Assembly (NCBI GenBank): GCA_000091205.1
Contig: AP006496.2
Strand: one strand, 5' to 3'
From: Cyanidioschyzon merolae
Taxonomy: Eukaryota
Length of the DNA stretch: 64,000 nucleotides
In this document: positions 22,356 to 33,571 of the stretch, piece after piece
How the letters are laid out: the number at the start of each line of letters is the position of its first letter
How positions within the stretch are numbered: position 1 is the stretch's first letter
Notes under the pieces: generated by a model
Told to the model about the DNA's origin: nothing
The model's database searches: none
Seen by the model: the letters and a program-made list of their open reading frames with translations, nothing else
Made by a program: the position numbers and the translations under genes

Positions 22356-24147
22356 CTAGTGCTCTGCGCTTTTCATCTCAGCGATTATCCCTCGAAGTTG
22401 CGCTCGCACGTCGAGCGTAGGCGTGATGTGCATCCGCAGCAAACGGTACTTGTCCACGATCGGAACGTCCTTATCCTGCAGACGCCATGGGCGGTCGCGG
22501 GTGCTCTTCGAGTCTCCGTGTATGACCATGACCCCGCAGTTGGATGCACCGATGGTCAACTCCGAGCGGTCGGCCCAGGAACTGACCTCGCGCATACTTG
22601 CAGCGAGCGCCTCCGGGTTCGGCGCCAGCAGCAGAACTTTGTCGACAAATATGAGCCCCGCAAGGCGGCGCCCGTGAGGACCCTCCTTCTCTGGCTTGTC
22701 AGCGCTTGCGCAATCAAACTCTACACCGTACTCTCGGCACCGATCTAAGATATCGTTGATAAAAATTTTGAATAGAAGCGGTGATGAAGGATCACCCTCG
22801 CGCATACCGCGTTTCATCCGTATCTTTGGGGTTCTCGCGCCGTCGCCCAGGCGCACACAAAACCATGAGTCTAGGTAGAGTGCGCGGAAGAAAGCGAGGT
22901 TCCGATCGCGGATACCAGCTAGATACATTTTCAGAAATAACGCCTCGTGCGGAATCGTGACGAAAGTCGCTCCGAAATCGATAAAGCATGCGTAAGTTGG
23001 TTGTTGTTCCCGAATGAAGCGGCGTTGCATTGCGTCGACTACCATCAGTACGTGGCTCATGCACTCCTGACGGCTCCGAAAATCGGCCTGCTCCGGAACG
23101 AAGAATGTGCTTTCAGCGAGAGCTCGATGAATGCGATTCGCAACAATGCTGCACATTCGCTTTATCATCGACGGGATCAAGTAAACAAGTCGATAGTTAT
23201 TCATATCCGTTAGCGGATATCCGTTGGGGATGGGCACGACCTCGGCCGTGTTCCAAATTTCTGGAATGGCCGCTTCAGCATCCATGCGTTGCAAGACCTC
23301 CAGCGAGCGCTTGGCCAGTTCTCTAGCGGGCTCATCTGACATTGCTGGTGAGCCAGATGCATCAGATTCTGAGAGCTTCTGTTTGAGCAACTCAGGGGGC
23401 ACGTCGTCGGTGCCCGGCGCCCGGCTGTCACTCATGCAGCGCTGGGCCTCGCATTTCCCCTGCCCAGTGATCTGGTTATTCGTTGTTGGTAGAGGGTCCT
23501 TTTGAGAGACTCCAACGGCGTATTCGTGCAAGTATTTTGGATCTTGACGATGTGCAGTGACCTCCGCGACGAGCTCGCTGCGGCGGTTTGTCCGCGCTTC
23601 CTGCACCTGGGATAATGCCGTTCTTATTTTTTTTCTTTGTAGTAGATCGGTTCTACGTCGCGCTGCGGCACCGGGCGTCTTGCACTATCCGGGCCTTGCT
23701 CCAGATCGCATGCTCCTTGTTGTTTTCGTGTAAGGGCTCGACCTTATGGGCATTTTTACTGTTCGCTGACGATCGTTTGTCTGCTCGGACGAGTTGCTTC
23801 GTTTCCCTGCGCAACTCGTCGTATGCTTTCTCCAGTGCCTTGAGAGATGCGGCTGTTGCAGTGGTGCCGGCTTCGGCTCGTGTGCAGATACTCACGAGGA
23901 CCTTCCGAAGCTCGTTCCGCCGATCAATCTGTGCCTTCGTGTGTCGCGTCAATCGGAACGCTTTGCTGCTTTTGCGTTCTGGTCCGACAGGTCCCGGTTT
24001 TCTGCAGATCTCATGGGTCTTGCCAACGACTTCACCTGCACATTGGTCTGCGTATTCGCGTGCATGGCTGCTCGAGCGTGTAGCCTTGGGACCTCGGCAG
24101 TGGACTGTTTGAGGGTTCTCCTGAGCTCCCGCCTCGGAGCTCGCCAA
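22356..24147 (-). mobile_element. Degenerate non-LTR (LINE-like) retrotransposon remnant. A reverse-transcriptase ORF (22356-23606) is preceded by a basic ORF1-like ORF (23653-24147).
   Basis: RT motifs are present: 'AIPEIWNTAEVVPIPNG', 'YRLVYLIP', 'FVPEQADFRSRQECMSHVL', 'ACFIDFGATFVTIPHEAL', 'RGMREGDPSSPLLFKIFIND'. The catalytic YADD box is replaced by 'FVDK'. No endonuclease or C-terminal domains are present. The upstream 164-aa ORF is basic with coiled-coil character. Confidence 0.7.
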
Positions 24148-24573
24148 TAGGGGTTTCCCAGGGGAACTGCCGGATTCTTCAATTGTGAACTCATATCCAA
24201 AGTCTTTGGAGCCTCTCGCTCAGAGCGCTACGGTGCTCCGATCAGTGGACTGTTTTGGGAGTCCTTTCATGAATAAATAGCATACACGGCTCTGTTCTGA
24301 TGCGGCGGCTTGAGTGCTGAAGCGCACACCATTGCACCGATGCTTCGGAGGGTCATCTCGCCATGCGACATCGACCTGTGGGAATTTTAAATGATCCGTT
24401 TTATCCTTTTTATCTAACGAATCGTTTCAAGTAAAGAAACGATCGAATTTCGATTGCGCGTCTACCAGAGACGCTTTTGCATCCTGTGCACCAAGTCGTG
24501 GCAAGCTATTGTATTCCTGCTTAACGGCGGATACGGTATCTGCTTGCCGGTAGCGTAGTTTGCAAGGCTCGCC

Positions 24574-25806
24574 ATGCCACGTCCGTGTTGTCACGAGCTC
24601 GCTGATGATTATCCGCGAGGCGAAGAGATCTGCCTCCTTTGCGATGCGACTTGGGAACTTTGGTATGACGCGGATACGGCACCTACCACAGGTGCGGCGA
24701 CAAAGCCGATCGATTCCAGAGCGACGCCTGCTTCGGCGCCCAGGAAACAAGCCGTGGTAAAGAACCCACAGCATTGCAGCAAACATCCTGGTGCAGCCAC
24801 AGAGGTATTCATATCTGATCCGGAAGCGGTCTTGGAGTCGGCATTGGACGCTATGGGCCAAGATGCGTTTGAGTCTGTGTTCGGAGTGCTCATTTTGTAC
24901 GATATGGAGACCTTCTTGAAGGCGGGCTCACCCTCCAAGTACACCGAGGAGATGGAGAAAAAACTTACGCGTATTGTCGGAGAATTCATGAGGATTGCAG
25001 ATCCCGACTCATCCCAGTAGGACATAAATACTTTATCATTCGATGAGGGTGGATTGCTTGTCTCGCAAGCGTTCAGGCAAGAAAAATATCTGGCGCGTAT
25101 CCGTGAGTCTTCAGTTTCCGAAGATCCGGATGAGATCCGATTTTACGCGTCTCGGTCAAGCATTGAGCTGTTTTTGGAAGACGGATATGAGATATCGCAC
25201 CTGACGCTGATTTCTACCAATCGGCGAACTTTCGGACAGGAATGGCAAGCAGCTGCTGAACTCCTGCGATTCCATGAAACACTCAAGAACATGAGCGAGG
25301 CCATGTTAGAAGCGATCATTAGGACAATGCGGTTTTGCGGGGAATCCGGGCCGGATGCACCACTCGATGTCATCATGCCAGCTTCAGACAATGCTTGCCG
25401 CGGTTTCCTGCATGATTCGGCCGTAGCCTGCCGATCGTCCGTCAAGATCGATCCGGTATCAGGTACGAGGACGATCGTCCGTACATCGAAGACAGAATTA
25501 TGCAGCTTGTCGAAGTTGCTAATGCTCTCTGCGATGCACCTGGACAGGATTCTGCGCAAACGAAGTATTCTCTATCGAGCGTTCTGTGAAGTCATCACAG
25601 GCCCGGATCCTGTGAAAGCCGGATGCGCAAAAGCAGTAGCCCGTACGCTTGAAGTTGCAATGAGACAGCTGGATCTCGTCAATCACGTCAAAAAGAATGC
25701 AGAGCAGGGAGGTCCCCAGCAGCAGCGGACCGCTCCGGCCGGTGAAGCCACTAGACGCCGAGCGTCACTGCGACCCGGTGATGCTGTGGCTCGGCTCGCA
25801 AACTGA
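24574..25806 (+). CDS. Hypothetical protein(s). Two same-frame ORFs, 24574-25020 and 25054-25806, are separated by a single in-frame stop.
   Basis: Both ORFs have balanced, protein-like composition and are in frame 1. Only 'TAG' at 25018-25020 and 33 nt separate them. They could be two small genes, one gene with a small intron ('GTAGGA...'), a read-through stop, or a pseudogene. I recognise no family. Confidence 0.25.
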
Positions 25807-26369
25807 AAAGGTGCGCGGCGAACAAACCACTTGGGACCAAGCGCATATGGAACTGCTTTCGCCAAAGATGCGTCCACGGCGATGCGGCTCTGGTACCGTT
25901 TTGTGCAACGACGTCAGCGGAAATACCGCTGGGATATCTGCTGGCACCCACTGAGCATTCGAAAGATTCTCGTAAGATTCATCCATTCCGCTCCGTAAAA
26001 TCGGGTGAGCTCATGTTTCAATCTCTATAGGCAGCAGAACATCCGATCGCGCGCATTCTCCGAGCGACACCATACCATCTGGCAACACAGATAGCGCCTG
26101 AGGGTTTCCCTCGTGGGTTCTCTAGTACCAGGCCCAGCACAGGGTCGGTATATGATCAGCGGCTGGCATCGAGCTGCACCATACCCAAAGCGCTGTGCAG
26201 CAGAGGGACCCATTCGTGTACGGGATAATACCCATTGCCAAATTCGTGAACAAGCTCGGGTTGCAGCGAGCCAGCAACTTGCTGCTGACGAGTTCCTCGC
26301 GTGCGGTTCCAGCCTGCTCGGGATACGCCTAGAGCATTGACAGGAGCGTGATCTCCATTAAAGAACGCT

Positions 26370-27878
26370 TCATTCCGCGGAGTGGTCGCGTTTCCCGCGA
26401 CGCTTGCTTCGAGCTCGATGCTCAGCGGGTGCGGAGTTGTTCTGCTGACGCACAGCTCGCAATTCGTCTTCTTTCCGTTTCAGCAGACGTTGAAGCTCAA
26501 TCAGGACGAGTATTTCCTGGCGAAGCACGTCGAATGCTTCGCAAATCTCCCTGGTGGGCGTCGGACGGATACCCACCCCCAATTCGTCGAGCATTTGGTC
26601 GACCTGGCGCTGCACACGCTGCGATTGACTCACTGGAGCCAACATCATACTGCTCCGTACAAAGACGGCGAGATGCGAAGCCCGCCTCGGCCTACGTGAG
26701 GCCACGGCTGCACTCGCTGCAGAGACGACATTGCTCGCCGTCCTGGCGATGTTGGGCGGTGCTTCTTGCGAGCCCGCGGACGAAGCAGCCGTCGACGCCC
26801 ACGAAGCCGACTGCCCTCCTGGGATTTCGGTCCGCTGTACGGTCTCGAGCGATGCCGCTGCTTCGGCATATGGTATCGTTGGTGGTGCGGGTAGCGCTCG
26901 ACGGAAGAGTCGCTCCAAGCGGCGGCGCTCCCGCTGTTTCAGCCTTCGGGCCCGTAGTATCTCCTGCGCCTGTTGCACAACCGCTTCCTCGCGCAAGAGC
27001 TCAGAACGAGGTCGACGGCATTGCTCTTCGTATTGAGCTTTGCGTCGGTCTTCGTACTCTATATCATACGGATTTGCCAACATTGCTCGACAGTGTTTCT
27101 GCAGTGCATCTTGGGACGAATGCGGGAACCCGGGGTCGCTGACAGCACGGGCCTGGGCCAGCGAACGCACAACGGTGTAGTATCGATCTTTGAGCTCATT
27201 CACAGACCGTTTCCGCTTCGGGGAGGGACTAAAAACCGACCAACGGTCAGCCATGACGACGAAGTGCAAGTTAAACCGTTCCGCAAGCTGGAACAAAGTG
27301 TCAGTTTCTTCCTTCGTCCATGGTTCTCTAGAACCCTGCACAGGCATTGTCGCCAGATAGCGGCTGTACTCCTCGTCGGTATACCGAAGCGTTTCCAGTT
27401 TTTTGCCGAAACGTGCGAATGGGTAAACGGCAGATGCCGCCTCGCCTTCCTCAGGGGTCAAAGAAGCCTCTGCGTCTTTCCGTTGCGTCAGAGAATGACG
27501 TTCCCAGTGCCAGAGCTGAAAGGCAGCACCAGCAGGATGCGCTGGATTCGAAAAAGGTCGTTTTGCATAGTGCACTTGAGCGCTTGCCGCCGGCAGTCGC
27601 GACTGTAGCGCAACCCGAGGCGCCAACGGCGGCGCTGCAGAGCCCGTAAGCGCGTACACTTCCCGACGGAGCCCTCTGAGCTTTGCAGGTCGATCTTGCC
27701 GGGTGTTGTCGGGAGGCTCTGCGGCGCCTGAGTATGGCACGAGTCGCTGGGCTCGTGAGTTCGGCGCCGAGCTCTCTGGGGTTGGTTCCCCAGTCACCAG
27801 CTCTGCGAGGGAAGCTACAGTGCTCGCGCCCACAGTCCCTGGAAGCGCTTGGCTCTCAACCGGAGACCTCGCAGACAT
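26370..27878 (-). CDS. SWC4/DMAP1 homologue, a SANT/Myb-like domain subunit of the NuA4/SWR1 chromatin complexes.
   Basis: The central block 'YTDEEYSRYL...WTKEETDTLFQLAERFNLHFVVMADRW' matches the signature SANT domain of DMAP1/Swc4. It is followed by a coiled-coil region ('RRLKQRERRRLERLFRR') as in DMAP1. Confidence 0.6.
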   Translation of the reverse strand: MSARSPVESQALPGTVGASTVASLAELVTGEPTPESSAPNSRAQRLVPYSGAAEPPDNTRQDRPAKLRGLRREVYALTGSAAPPLAPRVALQSRLPAASAQVHYAKRPFSNPAHPAGAAFQLWHWERHSLTQRKDAEASLTPEEGEAASAVYPFARFGKKLETLRYTDEEYSRYLATMPVQGSREPWTKEETDTLFQLAERFNLHFVVMADRWSVFSPSPKRKRSVNELKDRYYTVVRSLAQARAVSDPGFPHSSQDALQKHCRAMLANPYDIEYEDRRKAQYEEQCRRPRSELLREEAVVQQAQEILRARRLKQRERRRLERLFRRALPAPPTIPYAEAAASLETVQRTEIPGGQSASWASTAASSAGSQEAPPNIARTASNVVSAASAAVASRRPRRASHLAVFVRSSMMLAPVSQSQRVQRQVDQMLDELGVGIRPTPTREICEAFDVLRQEILVLIELQRLLKRKEDELRAVRQQNNSAPAEHRARSKRRGKRDHSAE

Positions 27879-30018
27879 AGATTGCGGAGTTCCGGCTCGT
27901 ATCGCTCTTATTGGAATGATACGACGATACCAACTCGCAATCGTGTCCTGTTGCTACACGTGCATCGTCTCCAGCCCGCCAGAACTCCGAGTGATGCTGC
28001 GCACGCTATCGTACTCTAAGACGACTACACTGACGTTTTCTTTTTAGCGCAGACGGGATGAATGATTTCTAACGAATGCTCTGGGATACGCGAGAGCTGT
28101 CGGGAAACGGCGTGCAAACCTCAACGCTTCCACTGGAGCTGTCGCGTCACGTGATCTCAAAGCAGCAGCCACAACAACAACAGGAAGAACGGGATTTCGT
28201 ACGCTTTATCGATCGGTGTGTGCAGTGTGCGCATTCCCAGGCGAGTACTCGCGCCGAAGAAAAAACGCTGAAGCGCCACATGCATCCCAGTTCACCGACG
28301 CCTTTCTAGAGGCGGATGGAGCTTGAACGCCTGGTGCAGAAGAATGGATGCTCCCCAGGAGACCGATAAGCATCCCGGAATCGAGGATTCCCGGTTCGTG
28401 TTTAGAAGATGCTACGCTTCTATAAAAGACCCGCGACTGGATCCCTGCAAGCACTGCCATGGAGGCTCGCGAGCTTTTCCATTCGCGTCCATACAACAGC
28501 GCGCTCCGGGGTTGGCTGCTGCGTCCGAGCCTCTCCATGCTTTTGCTCTGAGCTTCGTTTGAGAGTCCGCGACTAGCGCGGGCTCAGGTAGACGAATGCG
28601 TCACGCTCCTGCAAACATGCCACCCCAGCACGCTGCTGATTCTTTAGTACACTTTTACTGGGAGCTGTGGAGAGCCGCCTCATGAATCTGCTGAAAGCCA
28701 TCAACATGGTATGGAAAAAAGCTAGCAATCCATGAGATTCAGCGACGAGCGCTGTTCAGTACAGCACAAGAATTATCGTCTTTTTTCGTGTATAGTCTCG
28801 AAAACTCGTCGGGATTCAATCATGTGACTGTAAGAAGCGTGTGCTCTACGATAGATGTTTCCCGGTACAACGTTTTTTAGGCTCCGAGGCTCGCAGTGAT
28901 TGCGTGGAGCGACCTTCTGTCACGCTCCATATATGCGGATTCCGTACGCTCGCGTCTCAATCGCTGCGCGTGCTCTCGACGAGTGGAAGCGTTTGGTGCT
29001 ACAATGGATGCCCCAGTTTCGGAAACGCAGCGCAGGTACGCCCAAGTGCCGTATGATGCTCAGGCTCTGATCGACTGCAAGCTGGAGCGTACACCCTTAG
29101 CGCGCATATGGCGGCTTCTCCACGGCCTCACACAGATTCAAGGTTGCTGCGATTCGCCGTTGGAAACGTTGCACCCACTGCCTGCGATCGCAGGTATCAG
29201 TTCCTATTGCTGGACTCGGGTCCAGCGCGGACTCGAGTCCCGGCCCCGCGCCATCTTGCCCATGCCTCGCCGCTGCGTATGAAAACAACGACATGGAGCT
29301 GTCGTCTTGCGTTTGGGCAACCTCTAGGCATGCGGGCGACACGCTGGGGCGAGCGCTCGTCATAAGCCGAGCATCGGCGGCATGACCGAATCGATAGGCC
29401 CCAATTCTGCAGGCATATACAATTCCTAGCAGGGTGAAATGCAGACGCTCCCACCAAAGCAGAAACGTAGCCCTCTTGGCTACTGGCCTTATGCTCGGCT
29501 CAAGAGATATCCGTCGGGGGGCATCGATCCGGCAACAGGAAATCACACGCCAGCGCCGATCTGCAGCTGCTGCCTAGCTGGATGCGCCCATCAGGGAGCT
29601 GAGCGCTGCACATGGAAAGCCCGCAGCGCGCACATCTCCTGCAATGCCCCTCATGATGCCACAGTCCTACTCGAGAAGCGAAGAGAGCGCATCATAGGGG
29701 GTCGCCGCCTCCCCCGTGCGACGTATCCGCATAGGTGTCCAACGTGCAGCAGGCAGCTTTGAGGTGCTTTTTCAATCATGTCTGCATTGTCCATTTTAGA
29801 ACAAGATACCGCCATGCTCGCTGCAGCGGCAGGTGCGGCTTCGAGCCGATCAATCGCCTGCCTGGTGCGAAACTCTGCTGCAGACTTTCAGCGTTTCGTC
29901 TGTGCACTGACCTTGACGACGAGAGAAAGCGATCTATTGCCGGTTGCTACTTGGTTGTGGGTGGTGAGGTACAAGGTGCAGCTGCGCTGACGCGAATCTC
30001 CACGGTAGTTTACGCATC

Positions 30019-31020
30019 ATGTTCGTGGGTGCGCTCCCGCGCTGGCGTCTGTGCAGGCGCCAGGGCACCGCCGAGTGCGCGGGACGCTCCACGCGTACCC
30101 GAGGAGGCGCTGTTTTGTTTGCTTGCGGAGACGATGCAAGTGTGTCCAGCAGACTGGCTCTAGTCTCGAACGGTCTGCCGGGCCGTATGGCGCTGGAAGT
30201 CGCCCAGGCAGCTCTGCGACGGGGTCTTGAGCTGGTCCCGTTCTCGCTCACTGGTGAGCGCACTGCAACCGCCGCCGTGGAGTGCACCGCTCGTGACGAC
30301 ACTACCGGAACGGAGCGCAGTGTCCAGGTGCAGCTGGTTCGTCCAGCCGAGCGCGCACAACTGGCTACCAAGTTGAAGAAGGAATATCCGAACGTAATCT
30401 GTGTTGACTTTACCCAGCCGCAGGCGGTAATTCCGAACGCAGCCTGGTACGTCGAGAACGGGTTCGACTTCGTCATGGGCACCACTGGCGGTGATACTTC
30501 AGCGTTGTACCAGATGGTAGCGCGCAGCGCTCGCTACGCCGTCATCGCACCGAACATGGCGAAGCAGATTGTTGCCTTTCAAGCCTTGGTGGAGCTGCTG
30601 GGGCGCGAGTTTCCCAACGCATTCCGAGGCTATCGACTCGAGGTCATCGAGTCGCATCAGGCATCCAAGCTGGACACAAGTGGCACTGCTAAAGCAGTAG
30701 TAGCCTCCATGCTGCAAAGCTGGGGAATTACAGGCTTTGGCGGTGAACAGGATATTCAGAAGATTCGCGATCCAGCGTTGCAGGTCTCGCGCATGGGTGT
30801 TCCGGAGTCGTGCCTGCAAGGCCATGCTTTTCACACGTATCGCTTGACAAGTCCAGACGGCAGTGTGCGGTTCGTATTTCAGCACAACGTATGTGGACGT
30901 CGAGTCTACGCTGAAGGCACGATTGACGCAGTGTGTTTTCTCGATCGGCAGCGCCGGGCTGGTGCCGATCAGAAGATCTACGACATGATCGACGTACTAC
31001 GTAGCGGTGGTATGTTATAG
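30019..31020 (+). CDS. dapB: Plant-type 4-hydroxy-tetrahydrodipicolinate reductase DapB (lysine biosynthesis), probably plastid-targeted.
   Basis: 'FDFVMGTTGGDTSALYQMV...YAVIAPNMAKQIVAFQ...LEVIESHQASKLDTSGTAKAVVASM' matches the plant/cyanobacterial DapB core. The N-terminal ~50 aa are basic and rich in Ser and Arg, which may be a transit peptide. The true start may be an internal Met. Confidence 0.8.
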   Translation: MFVGALPRWRLCRRQGTAECAGRSTRTRGGAVLFACGDDASVSSRLALVSNGLPGRMALEVAQAALRRGLELVPFSLTGERTATAAVECTARDDTTGTERSVQVQLVRPAERAQLATKLKKEYPNVICVDFTQPQAVIPNAAWYVENGFDFVMGTTGGDTSALYQMVARSARYAVIAPNMAKQIVAFQALVELLGREFPNAFRGYRLEVIESHQASKLDTSGTAKAVVASMLQSWGITGFGGEQDIQKIRDPALQVSRMGVPESCLQGHAFHTYRLTSPDGSVRFVFQHNVCGRRVYAEGTIDAVCFLDRQRRAGADQKIYDMIDVLRSGGML

Positions 31021-32005
31021 GGCGTATGCTTTTGCGGTCGCGTGGTAGAGGTTTAAGTATATCGTGTCAAGATTTGCACCGGGAAAGACGCCGTGCCGCT
31101 TATCGGTTGTGTTCACACATGGTGCCCCGGCGGGATGCGGGTCCGTTTCTTGAAAACCCTGGACAAGATCGGATGTTTTCCATGTGATCTGTATAATGTA
31201 GGCTGCCTTGTTTTTCATGCTGCTGCGAGAGTCCAGCACTTGACGGGCAATTAGGTCGAGAAACGGTGATATAGTAGCCGCTGTTCGCTTGTGTTTTCTG
31301 TCGAGTCGCAGATTGTGCCACTGCGCTATGGACGCGCAAGCTCCAGCGCATTGCCGCCTCGGGCTACAGATCGACGCGGCTAGCGCTGTCACCGATGACG
31401 GTCACTTTCTGCAAACTACGACTTGTGACCGACTCTTGAGGAAAAGCACGGCAACCGTATCACCACGATGAAGCGTCAACTGCACAGGGCATGCGTCCAT
31501 GGGCATGCCCAGACCTGCCGAGCGATATTTTAGCCAGGCGATGTGCACAGACCCACCCAAAAGTTTGTATCGGAAAAAGCAGGCGCAAACTTTGCAGCCA
31601 AAGCGTTCTATCCATCATTAGGCTTGTGCCGTCGCGCACATTTGCGAGCAACAACATCACCGCTTCGGATGCATGGATCAGATGTAGGTAAAGAAAGCAG
31701 CAGTACTGGGCAGCTGTTGCCGTGCAGTAGGCGTATGCCGACGGCGCGAGCTTCCTCGCACTGCATTACTGTCTCGCGTTCTTGTGGAAGCCCCCGGGAG
31801 TTTGCCCCGCAGATCCAGTGAAGACTTTTGTTTTACATTGCTCGAGACAAGCGGATGCACGCAACAGTCGTGCAATGCTCCTCTACCCATGGTACAGGGA
31901 TACATTCGTTCAGTTCAGGCCGCATCACCATCAACAACGGATTGTGCAACGTTGCGCTTCAGGCGACCCCCGGAGCAAGTCGCCAGGCATCATGTCCAGC
32001 TTCTG

Positions 32006-33571
32006 CTAGTCTTCGTCGTCGTCGTCGTCGTCGCCCGAAAGTGCCCCCCAGAGAGATTCTATGAATCCACCAGAGGTATCCGCGTCGGGTGATGTGTCCC
32101 AGGCGCCCTCGTCGTAGCCAGCGTCGATATCGGTATCAAAGCTGTTGCCTTGCGATGGGTCCTCGACTCCGGGCTCGAACGTTGCCCAGGGATCTGCTGC
32201 TTTGTCCGGATTCGGGCCAGTAGACGCTGCTCCGCCTCCTGATCCATCCTGAGCACCACGTTGCATCCATGGTGGTGTTTCGGTGCTGCCGCTTGCTGCT
32301 GCCGCTTCAGCGCCGCTGGTTCCGGTGCTAGTCGCACTCGACGAAGATGTATCCGCGGGCGGCGCATCGTTCTCTGCTTTGGCAGCACCTCCGAATCCGG
32401 GAATGGGTATCGGGAAAAAGAAAGGCATGTGGAACATACCAGGACTTCCGCTGTGTAGCGAGAAATAGTCGAAATCAATGCTAATGGCTGCTGCTAAAAT
32501 AACTGCGCGTTTGGCCATGTCCAGCTCGCTCAGGCTGCAGTCCGAAGCGGTACTTGTCGATGCATACGGCGCGTAGAGTCGTCCAGCGTGCCCGTCATGC
32601 TCCAGTGACTGACGATGACGTTCTCGTTCCCGCTGGAGAGCCTCCGCGGGAGTCTCTAGGCGGCTTGGTACGGCCGCCTGAGCGGGCTCCACCGGACCTG
32701 AGGCCGAGGCTAGCGGGGCGCCCTCCGGTAAACCGAGCTTACGTTGCGCATCTGCGATAACGCCTTGAGGTGTCACTGCTGGGTCCATTCGAATCACGTA
32801 CTGCCGGGCGTCCGTGAAAAGTTCTCTTCCGAGGCCTGTCCAGTCCTTATCAATCGAAGCGAGAACACCTGGCCCTTCCGTGGAACCCGCACCTTCACCT
32901 CGAATGGGAAACTGAACCGATAAGAGAGGCGCGTCGATTTCGCCAAACTGACGACCTTGGGCATCGAACAGATCATAGCGACGACGCCACAGGTGCCAGT
33001 TCATATGCACTTCGCCAAGCAGTGGACCCACCGTGTCTCCAAACAAACGATACACCGAAATCGATGAGGAAATCAGGTACGCCGGTCGATGCACCCGAAG
33101 AACTGGCGTTCCCATTGCGTCCATGACCGTCGCCTGAAAAGCGCGATGTGTGCGGAGTGCTTGTCGTAAAATAGCTCGCCCAAGCGATGATTCCTCTGCA
33201 ATAAAGCCAACAATGCGTCCATCCGCCAGTCGAATGGCATACTTATTGGCTTGTTCGAATCCGATCAACAGGTTTCCCCATTCAATTTCGCGAGTCACGA
33301 CAAGAAGTGGATGGTCAAGCACCGAGGCGAGTTGCGAAATATCCGCTTGTGTCTCTGGAGTAACCGAGTCGGCCGCTTTATCCGCCTCAGCAGCAGCGTG
33401 CGGCTGCGCACCGTTCTCTGCAGGTACCGAAGGCGTCCGGGCCGGCTCCAGGGAGCTCTTGCGGCGCTGGACGACCAGGTTCCAGAGTGCAGCACCCCAG
33501 ACGCTCGCTGCTGGCGGAGTGAAAGTCTTTGCGTTGCTCAGCAACCACGACGCTGAGCTCAAGCTGCGCAT
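32006..33571 (-). CDS. Phospholipid scramblase family protein with an acidic/Gly-Ser-rich C-terminal tail.
   Basis: Scramblase-domain motifs: 'LLVVTREIEWGNLLIGFEQANKYAIRLADGRIVGFIAEES', 'RAFQATVMDAMGTPVLRVHRP', 'WHLWRRRYDLFDAQGRQFGEI', 'GLGRELFTDARQYVIRMDP'. The N-terminus resembles a mitochondrial targeting sequence. The C-terminus is a long low-complexity tail ending in poly-Asp, encoded by the (TCG)n run at 32009-32032. Confidence 0.7.
   Translation of the reverse strand: MRSLSSASWLLSNAKTFTPPAASVWGAALWNLVVQRRKSSLEPARTPSVPAENGAQPHAAAEADKAADSVTPETQADISQLASVLDHPLLVVTREIEWGNLLIGFEQANKYAIRLADGRIVGFIAEESSLGRAILRQALRTHRAFQATVMDAMGTPVLRVHRPAYLISSSISVYRLFGDTVGPLLGEVHMNWHLWRRRYDLFDAQGRQFGEIDAPLLSVQFPIRGEGAGSTEGPGVLASIDKDWTGLGRELFTDARQYVIRMDPAVTPQGVIADAQRKLGLPEGAPLASASGPVEPAQAAVPSRLETPAEALQRERERHRQSLEHDGHAGRLYAPYASTSTASDCSLSELDMAKRAVILAAAISIDFDYFSLHSGSPGMFHMPFFFPIPIPGFGGAAKAENDAPPADTSSSSATSTGTSGAEAAAASGSTETPPWMQRGAQDGSGGGAASTGPNPDKAADPWATFEPGVEDPSQGNSFDTDIDAGYDEGAWDTSPDADTSGGFIESLWGALSGDDDDDDED

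Noticed and set aside
26348-27142. 264-aa plus-strand ORF.
   Set aside because: It is entirely antisense to the well-supported SWC4/DMAP1 gene, has a biased Ala/Arg/Ser composition typical of GC-rich antisense frames, and has no motifs.
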